A stretch of DNA of 64,000 bases from Anthoceros angustus (lineage: Eukaryota; Plantae; Anthocerotophyta). Below are positions 1-12,399 of this stretch, one piece after another (position 1 is the first letter of the stretch; the number at the start of each line of letters is the position of its first letter). The notes below the pieces were generated by a model, which was given only the letters and a program-made list of their open reading frames with translations, was not told the origin of the DNA and ran no database searches. Location of the stretch: contig VJWM01000172.1 of NCBI GenBank assembly GCA_010909165.1, positions 310,001 to 374,000 of the forward strand, given 5' to 3'. Made by a program: the position numbers and the translations under genes.

Positions 1-280
1 ACTTACTTATATAAAGTAATATAAAATTACATAACCTTTCTTACTTCACATTCGCTGGAAACCCGACTGTTGAGCTTTGTGCACACGACCGGCCTTTGCC
101 CTCCCCTACCTTAGTCTCGCCAGGCCACTATCGCCACTCTGCACGCGATTATCCTTCACGTTTATGTTTACATGTCCCACGGCCGCTGCTCGTCTTCCCT
201 CCCTCCTTCCATCCCCGCCCCACATTTCTTTGTCGTGGCCTTTGCTGTGCCGCCTGCCGTCTTGTGGAGGTGTGGGTGCC

Positions 281-920
281 ATGGCCGCCAGCAATCCTCT
301 ACACGGAATAAGAAGAGAATGCACGTCTGCCGAGCGAACGTGTGCTATCGTCGTGGAGGAGGCTCCTTGGAATCGTGGGATATGGAGTGGCATGATGGAG
401 ATGGAAAGCTCCGACAAAGGCATCAATGTCCGGACGACATGCTTCTTAAGGGTTTGAAGGAGCTTGTTGGAGGTCTGAAGTTATCACAACGTGGTTTGGG
501 AGCCATATCATGCTAGTGAAGGCTACAAGTTCAACGCTACTACAAGGTTGCTTCACGAGGAGTGGGCGAACGTGGATGAGCTTCTTCTTGATTTATGGGC
601 GGCCTTGGCAACGGACAAAAAGTCCCCGCTACATGGTGCTTGGTATTCTCTTGGAGAAGTTGTTGCATAAGTCAAGTTAAGGTGGGCTTTGTGTCCTGCG
701 ACCGAGAAGGTGAAGGCTGCCAAGAAGAAAGCTCAAAACCCGAGTGGGAAGAGGAGCATGAGGAACATGAGGAGGAGGTGGGGAGGCCGAGCTTGACGAG
801 AGGGAGGAAGCACGGCTGTGAGGGGCTGTGACACACGTACAGTCGTGGAAGTAGGGCGATGGAGAGAGGGACACCTGTCTCCTCTCGAGTAAAGAAGGCC
901 TCTTCTGCCAAACTACTTGA
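281..920 (+). pseudogene. Frameshifted copy of the VNWA-motif TE-associated ORF
   Basis: Same sequence as 8129-8791 but broken by many small deletions, possibly sequencing errors. Confidence 0.7.
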
Positions 921-1479
921 TAAGGAGGGTGCAGGAGGCGGTGACAGAGGTAGAGAGCAGCAGGAGCAAGCAGACCTGCATGCAAGGGACAAGAAGGAGC
1001 AGGTTGACTTGACAGGTTTGTCCAGACGCATGCGCACAGGGTTTAGGCCATGGTTTTGCCTTCCACGGAAGAAAGATCCGGCAGGTTTGCATCAGTGTTG
1101 TTTGTTGTCGTTGATCCATTTATGTTGTGCACATCTGTCCATAGCATGCGCAGGCGGGGAGGATTTCTTCTGAAGCCACCATTTTGTGCCCGCTCTCACA
1201 ACATTTGAATTGTGTCGACTTGGCCGAGCATTTGCCCAATTGTTTCTTAGCCTTGTGGACCTCAATTTAAATTGCCACGAACTGAGTACAAGGCACCAAC
1301 GTGGTGTAAATGACTCGACAGAAGTGGTGCGGCCGAGAATGCCCGAAACCGATGGATGAACACCTATGAACACCTACAAAACCAACAAAACCAAACCAAC
1401 TTATTTTAGAAATAGGGTTGGAAGAGATTTTTTCCAAAACCCCTTTTGACAGGAGAAACCCTTCCTACAGACGTTTGAT

Positions 1480-1895
1480 CCGAAGGGCATATTTTGAACT
1501 TTGCAACAAACTCAAAATCGCAATTTTAAAACTATTTTTCATTCAAAAGTAGATTTTTGATTTGATATCACAATGAAAAATACCCTTATAGTGGCAATAT
1601 TCTAAACCAAAATAAGTTGACGAAAATAATATCTTGCAATGTATTCATCCAAGTACAAGAAGAAGAGAATCAATTGCCACAACGAACAATTTCGCATCAA
1701 TTCTTGAAAGATGAACATTTTCATACCATACTTGTACTCAAGATGTATTTTCACTATATTTGGGTGGTCCAAACTATGCTTGTTGGTAACGACAAGTTGT
1801 TGATGGAAAGGTGTATTTTTGAGATAAGCTGCAGTGGAGTTAATGTTTGAGCACCTCAAAATCATGTCAGTGAAAGTCAAAGAAGAGTGCAACAA
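1480..1895 (-). pseudogene. Ser/Thr protein kinase fragment (CAMK group; SnRK/CIPK- or TSSK-like), subdomains ~III-VII
   Basis: LDHPNIVKI...MFIFQELMRNCSLWQLI...YLDEYIARYYFRQLI, then across frameshifts GLEYCHYKGIFHCDIKSK, NLLLNEK and a DF(E)F remnant of DFG. Confidence 0.8.
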
Positions 1896-2174
1896 CTTGA
1901 GGTATTGGTTTCCAAGGATTATCTCCGTCTAGCTACAACGCTTCGAGTTTCCAATCGTTTCTTTTTTCTTCACTCAAAGTTTTCTAAGTTCTTTGGGTTG
2001 GTGGTGTCTTAGCCCTCATATCGCAAAACATTTAGTTTCTCACCCTCCTTTCTCTCTTGGTCCTTTATAATCATTTCATGTGGAGCAATGTGTGTGTTCC
2101 TCTACCAATGTGCTTATCATCTATGTAAGAAGGGTAGGTCTATTTTCTTATCTATAATTTTTTGGGTTCAATAA

Positions 2175-2460
2175 TGTAGTGAGCAGGCTGGTTCTTTCAT
2201 GCTTCACCTACATAGAGTTGGAACTTTACATTCTGCAGGTGATTTATGAAACGTTTTGTAGTGAGCAGGCTGGTTCTTTCATGCTTCACCTACATAGAGT
2301 TTGGAACTTTACGCAAGGTGATTTATGAAACGCTTTGTAGTGAGCTGGTTCTTTCATGCTTCACCTACATAAAGTTTGGAACTTAGGTTCTTTCATGCTT
2401 CACCTACATAAAGTTTGGAACTTTACATTCGCAAGGTGATTTATGAAACGTTTTGCAAGG
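2175..2460 (+). repeat. ~80-bp tandem repeat, about 3.5-4 units
   Basis: Unit GTAGTGAGCAGGCTGGTTCTTTCATGCTTCACCTACATAGAGTTGGAACTTTACATT...GGTGATTTATGAAACGTTTT, with one half-unit. Confidence 0.9.
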
Positions 2461-4539
2461 TCTTTATCTCTGCTAACATAATCAACTTTGTACTCTATGT
2501 TTTCTTTGCTGCATGCGCTTTTTACTACTAGATTATGCAACAAAGTGTAGTTTTCCATCTATGTGTTTTCCTCCATATTTCACTGCGCATTATGTAGGAC
2601 TATGCATTATATATATGTAGGACTGCATTATGCATTCCACCCTTGCGTTCTTGCAGAATTTGAAAGTTTCTACCCTCTATTCGGGGTTTTTACCTTTTGT
2701 TCTGCAGATTTTGATTCTTTAAAGGTATTGTATATTTATTAATTATAATAAAATTCAAAATACAGAACTTAACTCTTTCTAAAATCACCGAAATTACCAC
2801 GTTAGAGAACGGGCCGCGCCGCCCGTCTGAACGAGCCCTCGCCGTTACGTGGTAGCCGGGCTTGCATTTTCTTCATAATTCACCGTGAACAAACAGCGTG
2901 GACGTGCGCAAAAGTGTTTGGTTTGTGTCGTGCGTAGGAAGTCGGTAATAACCTAGGCACACAAGGTGTCCGTGCGCCTTGGTTCTATGACTGAGATCGC
3001 GTTGAAGGTGTTGTTGATGTGATGGGGGAGTGTTCTACCGTCGACATGGTAACCTCTCACTTTTTGAGGAATTATGGATTCTCTTTTTAAGCCTTTGGAA
3101 TGTAGACTATGGTGATTCTTTGCATGCGGGGCTGTGTTTTGTTGTAGACAAACAATCCATCCAAGAAGTTTACGCCGTTGTTGCAACTTCAAAACAAGGT
3201 TATATTCGGTTTTGTTGCCCTTTATGGTGACCGACACCTTTGGTGCCTCTCAACTCAGTGGCTGCTTTCGGGAACTGATAAAGAGGTAGCTCAAGAGCTT
3301 GGTTTACTTGAGATGTGCGAGCCTGTTCTTTTCTTCTCTGGAAACACTAGAAGTTTGAAATCTCATGGGAAGCGGGCACTCACCGGTCCGGCAATTTGTT
3401 ATGAGGCTCGATGCATTCACACAAGCTTTGCTTCACTTTTACGAGTCTTTCTGCAGATTGAGTTGCATTCAAGCCTCGGGAATCATAATCGAGCTGTGGA
3501 GATCCACGGAGATTCACAGAATCCTAGCTACTACTTCAAGTGTTTAACTTTCTCGGCTAGTAGCACAACATGCCCGGATAGTGAGAACACCGGCGCATCA
3601 AACCCTCCTCATGATCACCTTGACGCTTGAGATATATCCTGCACTGCAGTGAGGATGCTTGATGCCAATCGACAATCTTGGTTTCATTAATGTCATATGG
3701 CCGAGCGAAACACAAGGGTAATGATTGCGCGATCATCATCGAGTAAGCATACTCAACTTTGTATAGGATACTTTCTCAGTAGCACTTGGAGTGCTTGTCA
3801 CGATCCTCCGATGCGAGGTGCCATCCATGTCACGAGAGGCACGGAGGTGGCGGTGCGACTTGACCGCACTCCCTTGTTGCCGAAATTCTTTGGTAGTACC
3901 TGGGGCGTCCTTTCTGCGTGATGGCTCTGTTGGCTTTTGCCACGGACTTGGGACTTGGGCAGCTGTTCTAGGTGCAAACCTGCCTAGCCTGTCGCGGCGC
4001 TTGGGAGCAATCTCAAACGAAGAAGACATGGCGAGCACAGCAATCTTACGCTCCAGATGCTCAACGAACAAAAGGCTGAGAAAATACATCAGGGTTATAA
4101 GCGAGATGTACCTCATCTCAGTGGCTTCACACTGGTACAGCATATGGAGTTCAATTGGCAGGAAGATTGAGCGTAAAAGTGTACACAAAAGATCGCAACC
4201 GCGTTTGGGTGATGCGGCTCAACATGCCTCACGGGTAGCACACGAGTGAAGACCGTGATTCAGATAATCTCTAGTCATGACCTACTCAACAAGTGGGAGT
4301 ATTGATATTATGTTGATATCATGACTATAGGTCTAGGGATAGTTACGATAAATAATCCCTAGTTGATGTTGAGTTAGGTAGATATCTTTTCGTTAGGGTT
4401 ATGACTTTTCGTGAATAGACACATCGTTTAGATTAAGTTTAAGTTGCCTTTTCGCATAAGCACTTTAGACTCTTTCCTTGATTCTCAATCAATATGTAAT
4501 TACTTAATGTTGTAATTATTCTACATAATACATATAAAT

Positions 4540-5215
4540 TGTCATCGGTGGGCGCTAGGTTGTAGTTGGAGCTAGGGCTTGGAAGTTGGAGAGGCCTTGA
4601 ACTAGGGCGAGATAACCTATCTTTGCGCCGCCAGTGCGACCCTTCCGGTGGTAGGATGCGCCCTGCATGCGTTGGGATAGTGTCTCCTCCCACGTAGGAA
4701 TGAGGGTGTCGCCCGCAGTCTGTTGGATCTCCTACAACTCTCCTACAAGTGGTAGGAGGGGTAGGCCCTACAATTGTTGTTGTTGGTTGTAGGTTCCGAG
4801 GTGGCGATTCGACGAGCAGCAGGCTGTATCCGAGTTGGTGGTTGAGGATGTGCCAATTGTGGGAAGGCGATGGAAAAGAATAGTGGAAGATCACGGGTGG
4901 TGAAGTCGCGTTGCAATGTAGGGGTCCCTACGTGCATGGTACCGACCTACCGCCGTGGAGTGTGGAGCTACGGTCATAGGGTGTCGTTGTAGGTGCAGGC
5001 GATGATTGTGAAGTAGCAGTGGGCGTTATTGTGGAGGTGAGTTGAGGTTGCTCGCCAGTGAGGAGCTTGGGGTGTGAAGAGGTGTGTGGTTTGTGCCTTG
5101 GATGCTGGTGACTTGACAAACAAGAGTCTCATGGGACGAAACCTATTGTACTTAGCGACGTGGGATAAGTGTGGCCACTAGAGGGTGAATCTAAGCCCGT
5201 GGTTTTCCTCCCACA
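4540..5215 (+). mobile_element. LTR fragment (3' part) related to the gypsy LTR ending at 52180
   Basis: Shares CTCATGGGACGAAACC, GTGAATCTAAGCCC and the CCACA end with 52100-52180. It ends CCTCCCACA, the reverse complement of TGTGGGAGG at 51262. The left boundary is uncertain, and no TSD or PBS was found. Confidence 0.6.
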
Positions 5216-7105
5216 CTCCACAAGCCATATTTCTCGCAAAAGCCTCCTTCATGCCGCGACCACCGCATTCCATAGTCTATCCAGTCGCAATGGCAAATGT
5301 GCCAAAGGCATCGTGTCTATCTTACATTACAAGATCATCTCCCTTATCTTATAACTATAATTCTGTGATAGTAATATATAATAAACTATTTATTATTTTT
5401 ATATACATGCATAACTTTATAATAAATAGGTAATTAAATATCATGTAATTATATTTTTATTACCATAAGATATAATTGTAAAAATACCGTTTTACTTTAT
5501 GGTGGTAATTACCACCGAAATAATCTTGTGTTGGGGTCTTACCCATAATACTCACAAGCCATAAGTGGCCTTCACGAGTAGACAATGATCATGAGGAGCT
5601 TGTCATTCGATTCCCTTATTGTTCAATGAAGAATTATACTTAAAATATATATTTAAATGTTTTTATTTGAGTTTCTTTCCAAAACCGCCTACAACACCCT
5701 CGCATCATCTTAAATGTTTGATTAGGAAAAGGCCATGGGTGGCTAGACATGGTTGATAGGTTTGTCCAATAAAAATAGAAGTATTCTATGTATCTACTAA
5801 AGATTGGGTTATTACATTCACCTTCCCTCATCTTCCTAATTTACATCTTAAAAACATTAAGCATGTGTTCTTTATAATGCTCCTTCAACATAATGTGCAC
5901 ACCAATGAACCATGCATGCATTTTTATAAGTTGAATAAGCACACGTAAATTTGGATTATGCCACTATAACATGTGTGAGTTCATAAGTACGAAATCACTT
6001 GATGATGAATGAACGAATATAAGTAAGCAAAAAGTCCATCGGTCAATTGAAGTACGTACTCGTTAACTTTAAACTGGTTTTCCTCTTGAGTAAAAATATC
6101 ATAGTCGCTAGTATTCGAACAAGGTAACTCTGGCGGACCAAGTACCGCATGGGGCTCCATTATACTTTAATCCCAAAGCGAATCTCAGAGCCAAATCTAT
6201 TTTTGTTCCACAATATTTGCGATACTGTACTTGTCAAGTAGCGTCTATGTAGAAAGGGGTTTCTCTTGAAATCCCTATTTGCACACAGACGTGGCGGACC
6301 CCTTTTGCACTTGAAAAAATCTACACTATAACCAGCCTTTTTGGTATTTCTCACAGACGGATCACCGCAACCTTTTGAATAATTGTTTTGATACACGTTA
6401 TTTGAGATTGTAGATTGCAAGTACGTGGAAAAATCTAAAGTCCCATTCTCGCTCGGCTTTTCTTTCAAACTGGACACATAATTGGCGAAAACTTATGCGC
6501 GCACCATCTAAATAGTCTCCAACACCGCAATCATTGCTAGGTGTTTGACGATACAAACGCGTTTAGAGTTTTTAGGCTTGTTGACTCGTGCGCAAACTTA
6601 TTTACACCAACCTTTCATTCATACCGCCAATCCTAAGACCATACTCTCGCTCTGGGAATTTTACAGGACTTTGTTTCCTAGACATTGGGACAATAATATC
6701 TTCGTTGACATGATGCTCTTGATCCACAGTATGAGAATGAGAGTGCCATGGTCGCACTTGAGCTAGGCCCATGCCAAATGTCTCAAGATTCAAAAGATGC
6801 AAAAAGTTCTCACTACTAGTTCAAAGTTTTAACCACTAGAAAAAGATGAGGGCTAAGTAAAGATAAGAACATATCCACATTAGGAGGTGACCAAAAGGTT
6901 GAAAACGCCGAAAGGAACCCTTTAAAACAATAAAAATATCAAAAACCAAAAATTCAAAAATATCAAAATTTTAGGCAAGACACTTGTCTAAAAAAATTGG
7001 ACTTTTGGGGTTTTTTAGATTTTTGCTCTTTTTCTTTGGATGAACCATCTGAATGCACTAGGAGGCATGAACCATGTGGGTTCATGCTCCTAGGCCTTTC
7101 TTGAC

Positions 7106-7235
7106 CTTGGTGCACGCATTGGTGTGCGCACTGGCCTCCTTGCCCCTTGCCCCTTGGTGCACGCACTGGCCTCCTTGCCCCTTGCCCCTTGGTGCGCACA
7201 AGTGCGCGCACTGGCCCCTTGCCCCTAGTGCACGT
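7106..7235 (+). repeat. ~35-bp GC-rich tandem repeat (GCACTGGCCTCCTTGCCCCTTGCCCCTTGGTGC) x~2.7
   Basis: Directly visible units at ~7128, 7163 and 7208. Confidence 0.85.
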
Positions 7236-8128
7236 GCTTGTTCACCCAAATGGCCCCTTGCATGTTTGATGATAACCCGGTACTAGGTCATCAAAAAGAG
7301 ACTAAACACCGTAAAGGATAAAAGGGATAGGGTGTTCTTCATCGCATTAGGGCATAGGATAGATATATGAGAGCGGTCTAGATGAACCTCCGCGTTCCGC
7401 CATTTGTTATTTTTGTTTTGAGTTCAGACATCCTCGACCTTCAAAAGGACATGTTTCCCCATTAGAAGATCATTTTTCGCGTTCTTTTGCACAGGCGTGC
7501 ACATGTTTGTGCATAAGCGTTGTTTAGACGCCAAGACTTATGCGCGCCTAGGCTCCCGGTATACAAAAACATATAAAACCACATAAAATGCGAGACTACG
7601 GACATGACGAAATTATGGAACAATGAGGTCACCGCCCTTCATCACACCGACTAAAGGGCGTAAGCATGGTTTGGTGCCACATATTAGTACCAAATGTCAC
7701 AACACAATTGGTCACCTTGAGAGAGAGTGTGAAGGATAGAATTCGAACTTTCAAATCTCACTTGTGATTATTTAATGACTTTGTTTACCTACATATAATT
7801 TACTTCTATTAATTTATTTTAGGTTAAACTTACTTACATAAGGTAATATAAAATTACATAATCTTTCTTACTTTCTGTTAACTGGAATAACCTCGTTGAC
7901 CGGAAACCCGACTTTGTGCACGCGACCCGCTTGGCCTGCCCTCCCCTACCTTACGCCTGCCTCATCGCTGGGCCACTATCGCCCGCCATCACGCAGTATC
8001 CTTCACGTTTATGTTTCTGTCCCACGCCGTCTGCCTTCCTCCTCCTTCCATCCCTGCCCCACATTTCTTTGTCGTGGCCTTTGCCTGCTGTGCCCGCTGC
8101 CCTGCCGTGCTGTGGAGGTGTGGGTGCC

Positions 8129-8791
8129 ATGGCCGGCCAGCAATCCTCTACACGGAACAAGAAGAGAAATGCACAGTCTGCTCGGGAGCGAGCTGCTCGT
8201 GTGCTATCTGTCGTGGAGGAGGCTCCTAGGTGGAATCGGAGGATATGGAGCTGGCACGACGGAGATGGAAAGCTCCGTGACAAAGGCATCAATGTCCGGG
8301 ACGACATGCTTCTTAAGGGTTTGAAGGAGCTTGTTGGAGGTGCTGAAGTTATCACAACGTGGTTTGGGGAGCCGTATCATGCTAGTGAAGGCTACAAGTT
8401 CAACGCTACTACAAGGTTGCTTCCTGAGGAGTGGGCGAACGTGGATGAGCTTCTTCTTCTGATCTATGGGCGACGGCCTTCGCAGTGCAACGGACAAAAA
8501 GTCCCCCGCTACATGGTGCTTGGTATTCTCTTGGAGAAGTTGTTGCACAAGGCTGTTAATTGGGCTTTGTGTCAAGACGAGAAGGTGAAGGCGCCAAGAA
8601 GAAAGCTCAAAACCGAGGTGGAAGAGGAGCATGAGGAACATGAGGAGGAGGTGGGGAGGCCGAGCTTGACGAGAGGGAGGAAGCACACTGGAGTGTGTGT
8701 GACAGTCCTGAGTCGTGGAAGTAGGGCGGTGGAGAGAGGGACACTGTCTCCTCTCGAAAGTAAAGAAGGCCTCTTCTTCCAAACTACTTGA
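8129..8791 (+). CDS. Hypothetical TE-associated protein (~220 aa) with IYGRRP...GILLEKLLHKAVNWA motif and acidic tail
   Basis: Open frame MAGQQSSTRNKKR...VNWALCQDEK...EEEHEEHEEE within ORF 7916..8791. The family resemblance to bryophyte TE accessory proteins is from recall. Confidence 0.55.
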   Translation: MAGQQSSTRNKKRNAQSARERAARVLSVVEEAPRWNRRIWSWHDGDGKLRDKGINVRDDMLLKGLKELVGGAEVITTWFGEPYHASEGYKFNATTRLLPEEWANVDELLLLIYGRRPSQCNGQKVPRYMVLGILLEKLLHKAVNWALCQDEKVKAPRRKLKTEVEEEHEEHEEEVGRPSLTRGRKHTGVCVTVLSRGSRAVERGTLSPLESKEGLFFQTT

Positions 8792-9319
8792 TACGGAGGT
8801 GGGGAGGCGTGAGGTAGAGCGCAGGAGCAAGCACACGCAAGGACAAGAAGGAGCGTTGACTTGATGACGGTCCAGTTTACGCGCAGGGTTTAGGCCATGG
8901 TTTTGCCTTCCACGGAAGAAAGATCAGTGAGTTTGCATCGTGTTGTTTGTTGTCGTTGATCCATTTATGTTGTGCACATCTGTCCAAAGCATGCAGGTGG
9001 AGGATTTGCTGAAGCCACCATTTTGTGCCCGCTCTCACAACATTTGAATTGTGTCGACTTGGTCACGAGCATTTGCCCAATTGTTTCTTAGCCTTGTGGA
9101 CCTCCAATTTAAATTGCCACGAACGAGTACAAGGCACCAACGTGGTGTAAATGACTCGACGGGAAGTGGTGCCGGCCGAGAATGCCCGAAACCGATGGAT
9201 GAACACCTATGAACACCTACAAAACCAACAAAACCAAACCAACTTCGGCGAAATAGGGTTGGAAGAGATTTTTCCAAAACCCCTTTTGACGGAGAAACCC
9301 CTTCCTACAGACGTTTGAT

Positions 9320-9720
9320 CCGGAAGGGCATATTTTTGAACTTTGCAACAAACTCAAAATCGCAATTTTAAAACTATTTTTCATTCAAAAGTAGATTTTT
9401 GATTTGATATCACAATGAAAAATACCCTTATAGTGGCAATATTCTAAACCAAAAATAAGTTGAAAAATAATATCTTGCAATGTATTCATCCAAGTACAAG
9501 AAGAAGAGGAATCAATTGCCACAACGAACAATTTAGCATCAATTCTTGAAAGATGAACATTTTCATACCATACTTGTACTCAAGATGTATTTTCACTATA
9601 TTTGGGTGGTCCAAACTATGCTTGTTAGTAAGCGACAAGTTGTTGATGGAAAGGTGTATTTTTGAGATAACCGCTTGGTCGGGTTAATGTTTGAGCACCT
9701 CAAAATCATGTCAAGTAAAG
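9320..9720 (-). pseudogene. Second copy of the kinase fragment
   Basis: Duplicate of 1480-1895. Confidence 0.8.
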
Positions 9721-10001
9721 TCAAAGAAGAGTGCAACAACTTGTGGTATTGGTTTCAAGGATTATCTCCGTTAGCTACAACGTTCGGTATTCTCGTTTTT
9801 CTTCACTCAAAGTTTTCTAAGTTCTTTGGGTTGGTGGTGTCTTAGCCTCATATCGCAAAGCATTTTAGTTTCTCACCCTCCTTTCTCTCTTGGTCCTTTA
9901 TAATCATTTCATGTGGGTGTTTTCCACCGCCAATGCAAGCTTATCATCTATGTAAGAAGGGTAGGTCTATTTTCTTATCTATAATTTTTGGGTTCAATAA
10001 T

Positions 10002-10290
10002 GTAGTGAACAGGCTGGTTCTTTCATGCTTCACCTACATAGAGTTGGAACTTTACATTACGCAGGGGTGATTTATGAAACGTTTTGTAGTGAGCAGTTCT
10101 TTCATGCTTCACCTACATAGAGTTTGGAACTTTACATTACAAGGTGATTTATGAAACGTTTTGTAGTGAACAGGCCTGGTTCTTTCATGCTTCACCTACA
10201 TAAAGTTTGGAACTTAGGTTCTTTCATGCTTCACCTACATAAAGTTTGGAACTTTACATTCTGCGGTGATTTATGAAGCGTTTTGCAAGG
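10002..10290 (+). repeat. Same 80-bp tandem array in copy 2
   Basis: Same unit sequence. Confidence 0.9.
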
Positions 10291-11399
10291 TCTTTATCTC
10301 TGCTAACATAATCAACTTTGTACTCTATGTTTTGCTGGCCTGCATGCAGTTTTTACTACTAGATTATGCAACAAGCTGTAGTTTTCCATCTATGTGTTTT
10401 CCTCCATATTTCACTGCGCATTATGTAGGACTATGCATTATATATATGTAGGACTGCATTATGTATGCATTCCACCCTTGCGTTCTTGCAGGACTGAAAG
10501 TTTCTACCCTCTATTCTGCAGGGTTTTTACCTTTTGTTCTGCAGTATTTTGATTCTTTAAAGGTATTGTATATTTATTAATTATAATAAAAATTCAAAAT
10601 ACAGAACTTAACTCTCTTTCTAAAAATCACCGAAATTACCACGTTAGAGAACGGGCCGAGCGCCGCTCCCGTCCCGAGCCCTCGCCGTTACGTGGTAGCT
10701 GGCTGCAGATTTTCTTCATAATTCACCGTGAACAAACAGCGTGGACGTCTGTGCGCAAAAGTGTTTCTGGTTTGTGTCGTGCGTAGGAAGTCAGCTGGTA
10801 ATAACCTAGGCACACAAGGTGTCCGTGCAGCCTTGGTTCTATGACTCTGAGACTGCGTTGAAGGTGTTGTTGATGTGATGGGGGAGTGTTCTACCGTCTG
10901 ACATGGTAACCCCTCTCACTTTTTGAGGAATTATGGATTCTCTTTTTAGGCACTGGAATGTAGACTATGGTGATTGCTGCATGCGGGCCTGTGTTTTCTA
11001 TTGTAGACAAACAGAATCCATCCAAGAAGTTTCTGCCCGTTGTTGCAACTTCAAAACAAGGTTATATTCTGGTTTTCTGTTGCCCTTTATGGCTGACCGC
11101 TGACACCTTTGGTGCCTCTCAACTCAGGGCTGCTTTCCAGGAACCTGATAAAGAGGTAGCTCAGTAGCTTGGTTTACTTGAGATGTGCAGGAGCCTGTTC
11201 TTTTCTTCTCTGGAAACACTAGAAGTTTGAAACAGTCTCATGGGAAGCAGGCACTCAGCTGGTCCGGCAATTTGTTATGAGGCTCCGATGCATTCACACA
11301 AGCTTTGCTTCACTTTTACGAGTCTTTCTGCAGTATTGAGTTGCATTCAAGCCTCAGGAATCATAACTGAGCCTGTGGTGTGCTAGAATGTGGTTGGCA

Positions 11400-11770
11400 T
11401 GCGGTTGGAGTGTGTAGAGTGTAACCCAGGAGGAGCTGGATATGCACGGGCTCGGGCGGAGTGTGGAAGGAATGGATCATATCGCCGCGGCCTTGCGAGA
11501 CAGCTCACTACAGACGTTGTTTCTTGATGACAATATGGGGTGCTGCCGGGGCGCTGTACGTAGCCCGCGTCCTGACCCAACAGTCGTCTTCACTGCCAAC
11601 TTTGGGGCTTTCCCGGATAGAAATGGATGCAGCGGGCGCCGGGTTGATTGCAGACGCTGTGGCGGGCACCACCACACTGGACCACATTCGTATCGGGTAT
11701 GACCGGCAGAAGAATCCTGAGCAGGCAGCCACGTTGATTCATCTCTTCACTGCCTTCACCCGGTCCCCCG
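11400..11770 (+). pseudogene. RNI-like leucine-rich-repeat gene fragment
   Basis: DHIAAALRDSSLQTLFLDDNM/AAGALYVARVLTQQSSSLPTLGLSRIEMDAAGAGLIADAVAGTTTLDHIRI, with ~28-aa RNI periodicity and one frameshift. Confidence 0.65.
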
Positions 11771-11789
11771 ATGCGTCCCCCTCGTCGGA

Positions 11790-12260
11790 GTCGCAGTTTC
11801 GCAACGAATCCGTCAGCCAGCTCCATGTTGGCCTTTTCTGTCCAGGAAGAAAGGAACGGTTACGAACCACAGCCCTGCGCAAAACACCCATTTGCACGCG
11901 GCTCGCTTTCGATTTCATGCGACACACGTGGAGCCCTAGAGCGTCTGGAATTCGAAAAGCCTGCACAACAGCCAGTTCCAACAAGGGATTACTAGTGTTA
12001 GGCAATAGACATAAGTGCCACACAAGAGCCACCATGTCTATCAAATGCGACATGCGGCAAAAGTATGCGTTCTCCAAGTTTCCGAAGAAAACCCGAACAC
12101 CAGTGTCCAGCTTGCCGTTGTTCTGCCTTCCAATCCCTAAAAGACAGCATCGATAATGCCCTTTGTGAAAGCGGTTACATTGATCATGGCCCAGCCTTGC
12201 AACACTCGTCCTTGATTCTGCACAAACCTGATGCAAACAACCCAGGCATTTTGAAACCTA
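11790..12260 (-). pseudogene. Fragment of an uncharacterised protein, paralogous to 12810-13260
   Basis: RFHKGHYRCCL...FFGNLEN...LLPNTSNPLLELAVVQAF...MGVLRRAV. Confidence 0.55.
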
Positions 12261-12399
12261 GCTCAGCGATAAATCCGAAGAACAGAACTCAACAAACTTG
12301 GCTTTCGGTTCGGTGGAGAAGTGTTTCAAGGCCTGGGCATTCTTTCTCTAATGCCATCATGCATCCTGCCATAAGGATTGGAATACGCGCATGGACTGA

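Larger units (their letters stand above)
1..3500 (+). repeat. Copy 1 of a >=3.5-kb direct duplication (partner 7826-11378)
   Basis: Collinear near-identity throughout: ACTTACTTA(T/C)ATAA at 1 and ~7828, the VNWA ORF, kinase fragment and 80-bp array, ending at GCATTCAAGCCTC(G/A)GGAATCATAA (~3465 vs ~11343). Offset about 7.83 kb. The left end is cut by the window. Confidence 0.95.
7826..11378 (+). repeat. Copy 2 of the >=3.5-kb duplication
   Basis: As above. It diverges from copy 1 after GAGCCTGTGG (~11378), where LRR fragments begin. Confidence 0.95.

Noticed and set aside
2175-2460. CRISPR-like array
   Set aside because: Units are contiguous with no unique spacers, the context is eukaryotic, and there are no cas genes.
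2950-3550. F-box or other captured gene fragment (VVATSKQGYILVFCCPL)
   Set aside because: The resemblance is too weak to name a family without a search.
6050-6800. Helitron or Harbinger transposase fragment
   Set aside because: No diagnostic Rep, helicase or DDE motifs found in any frame.
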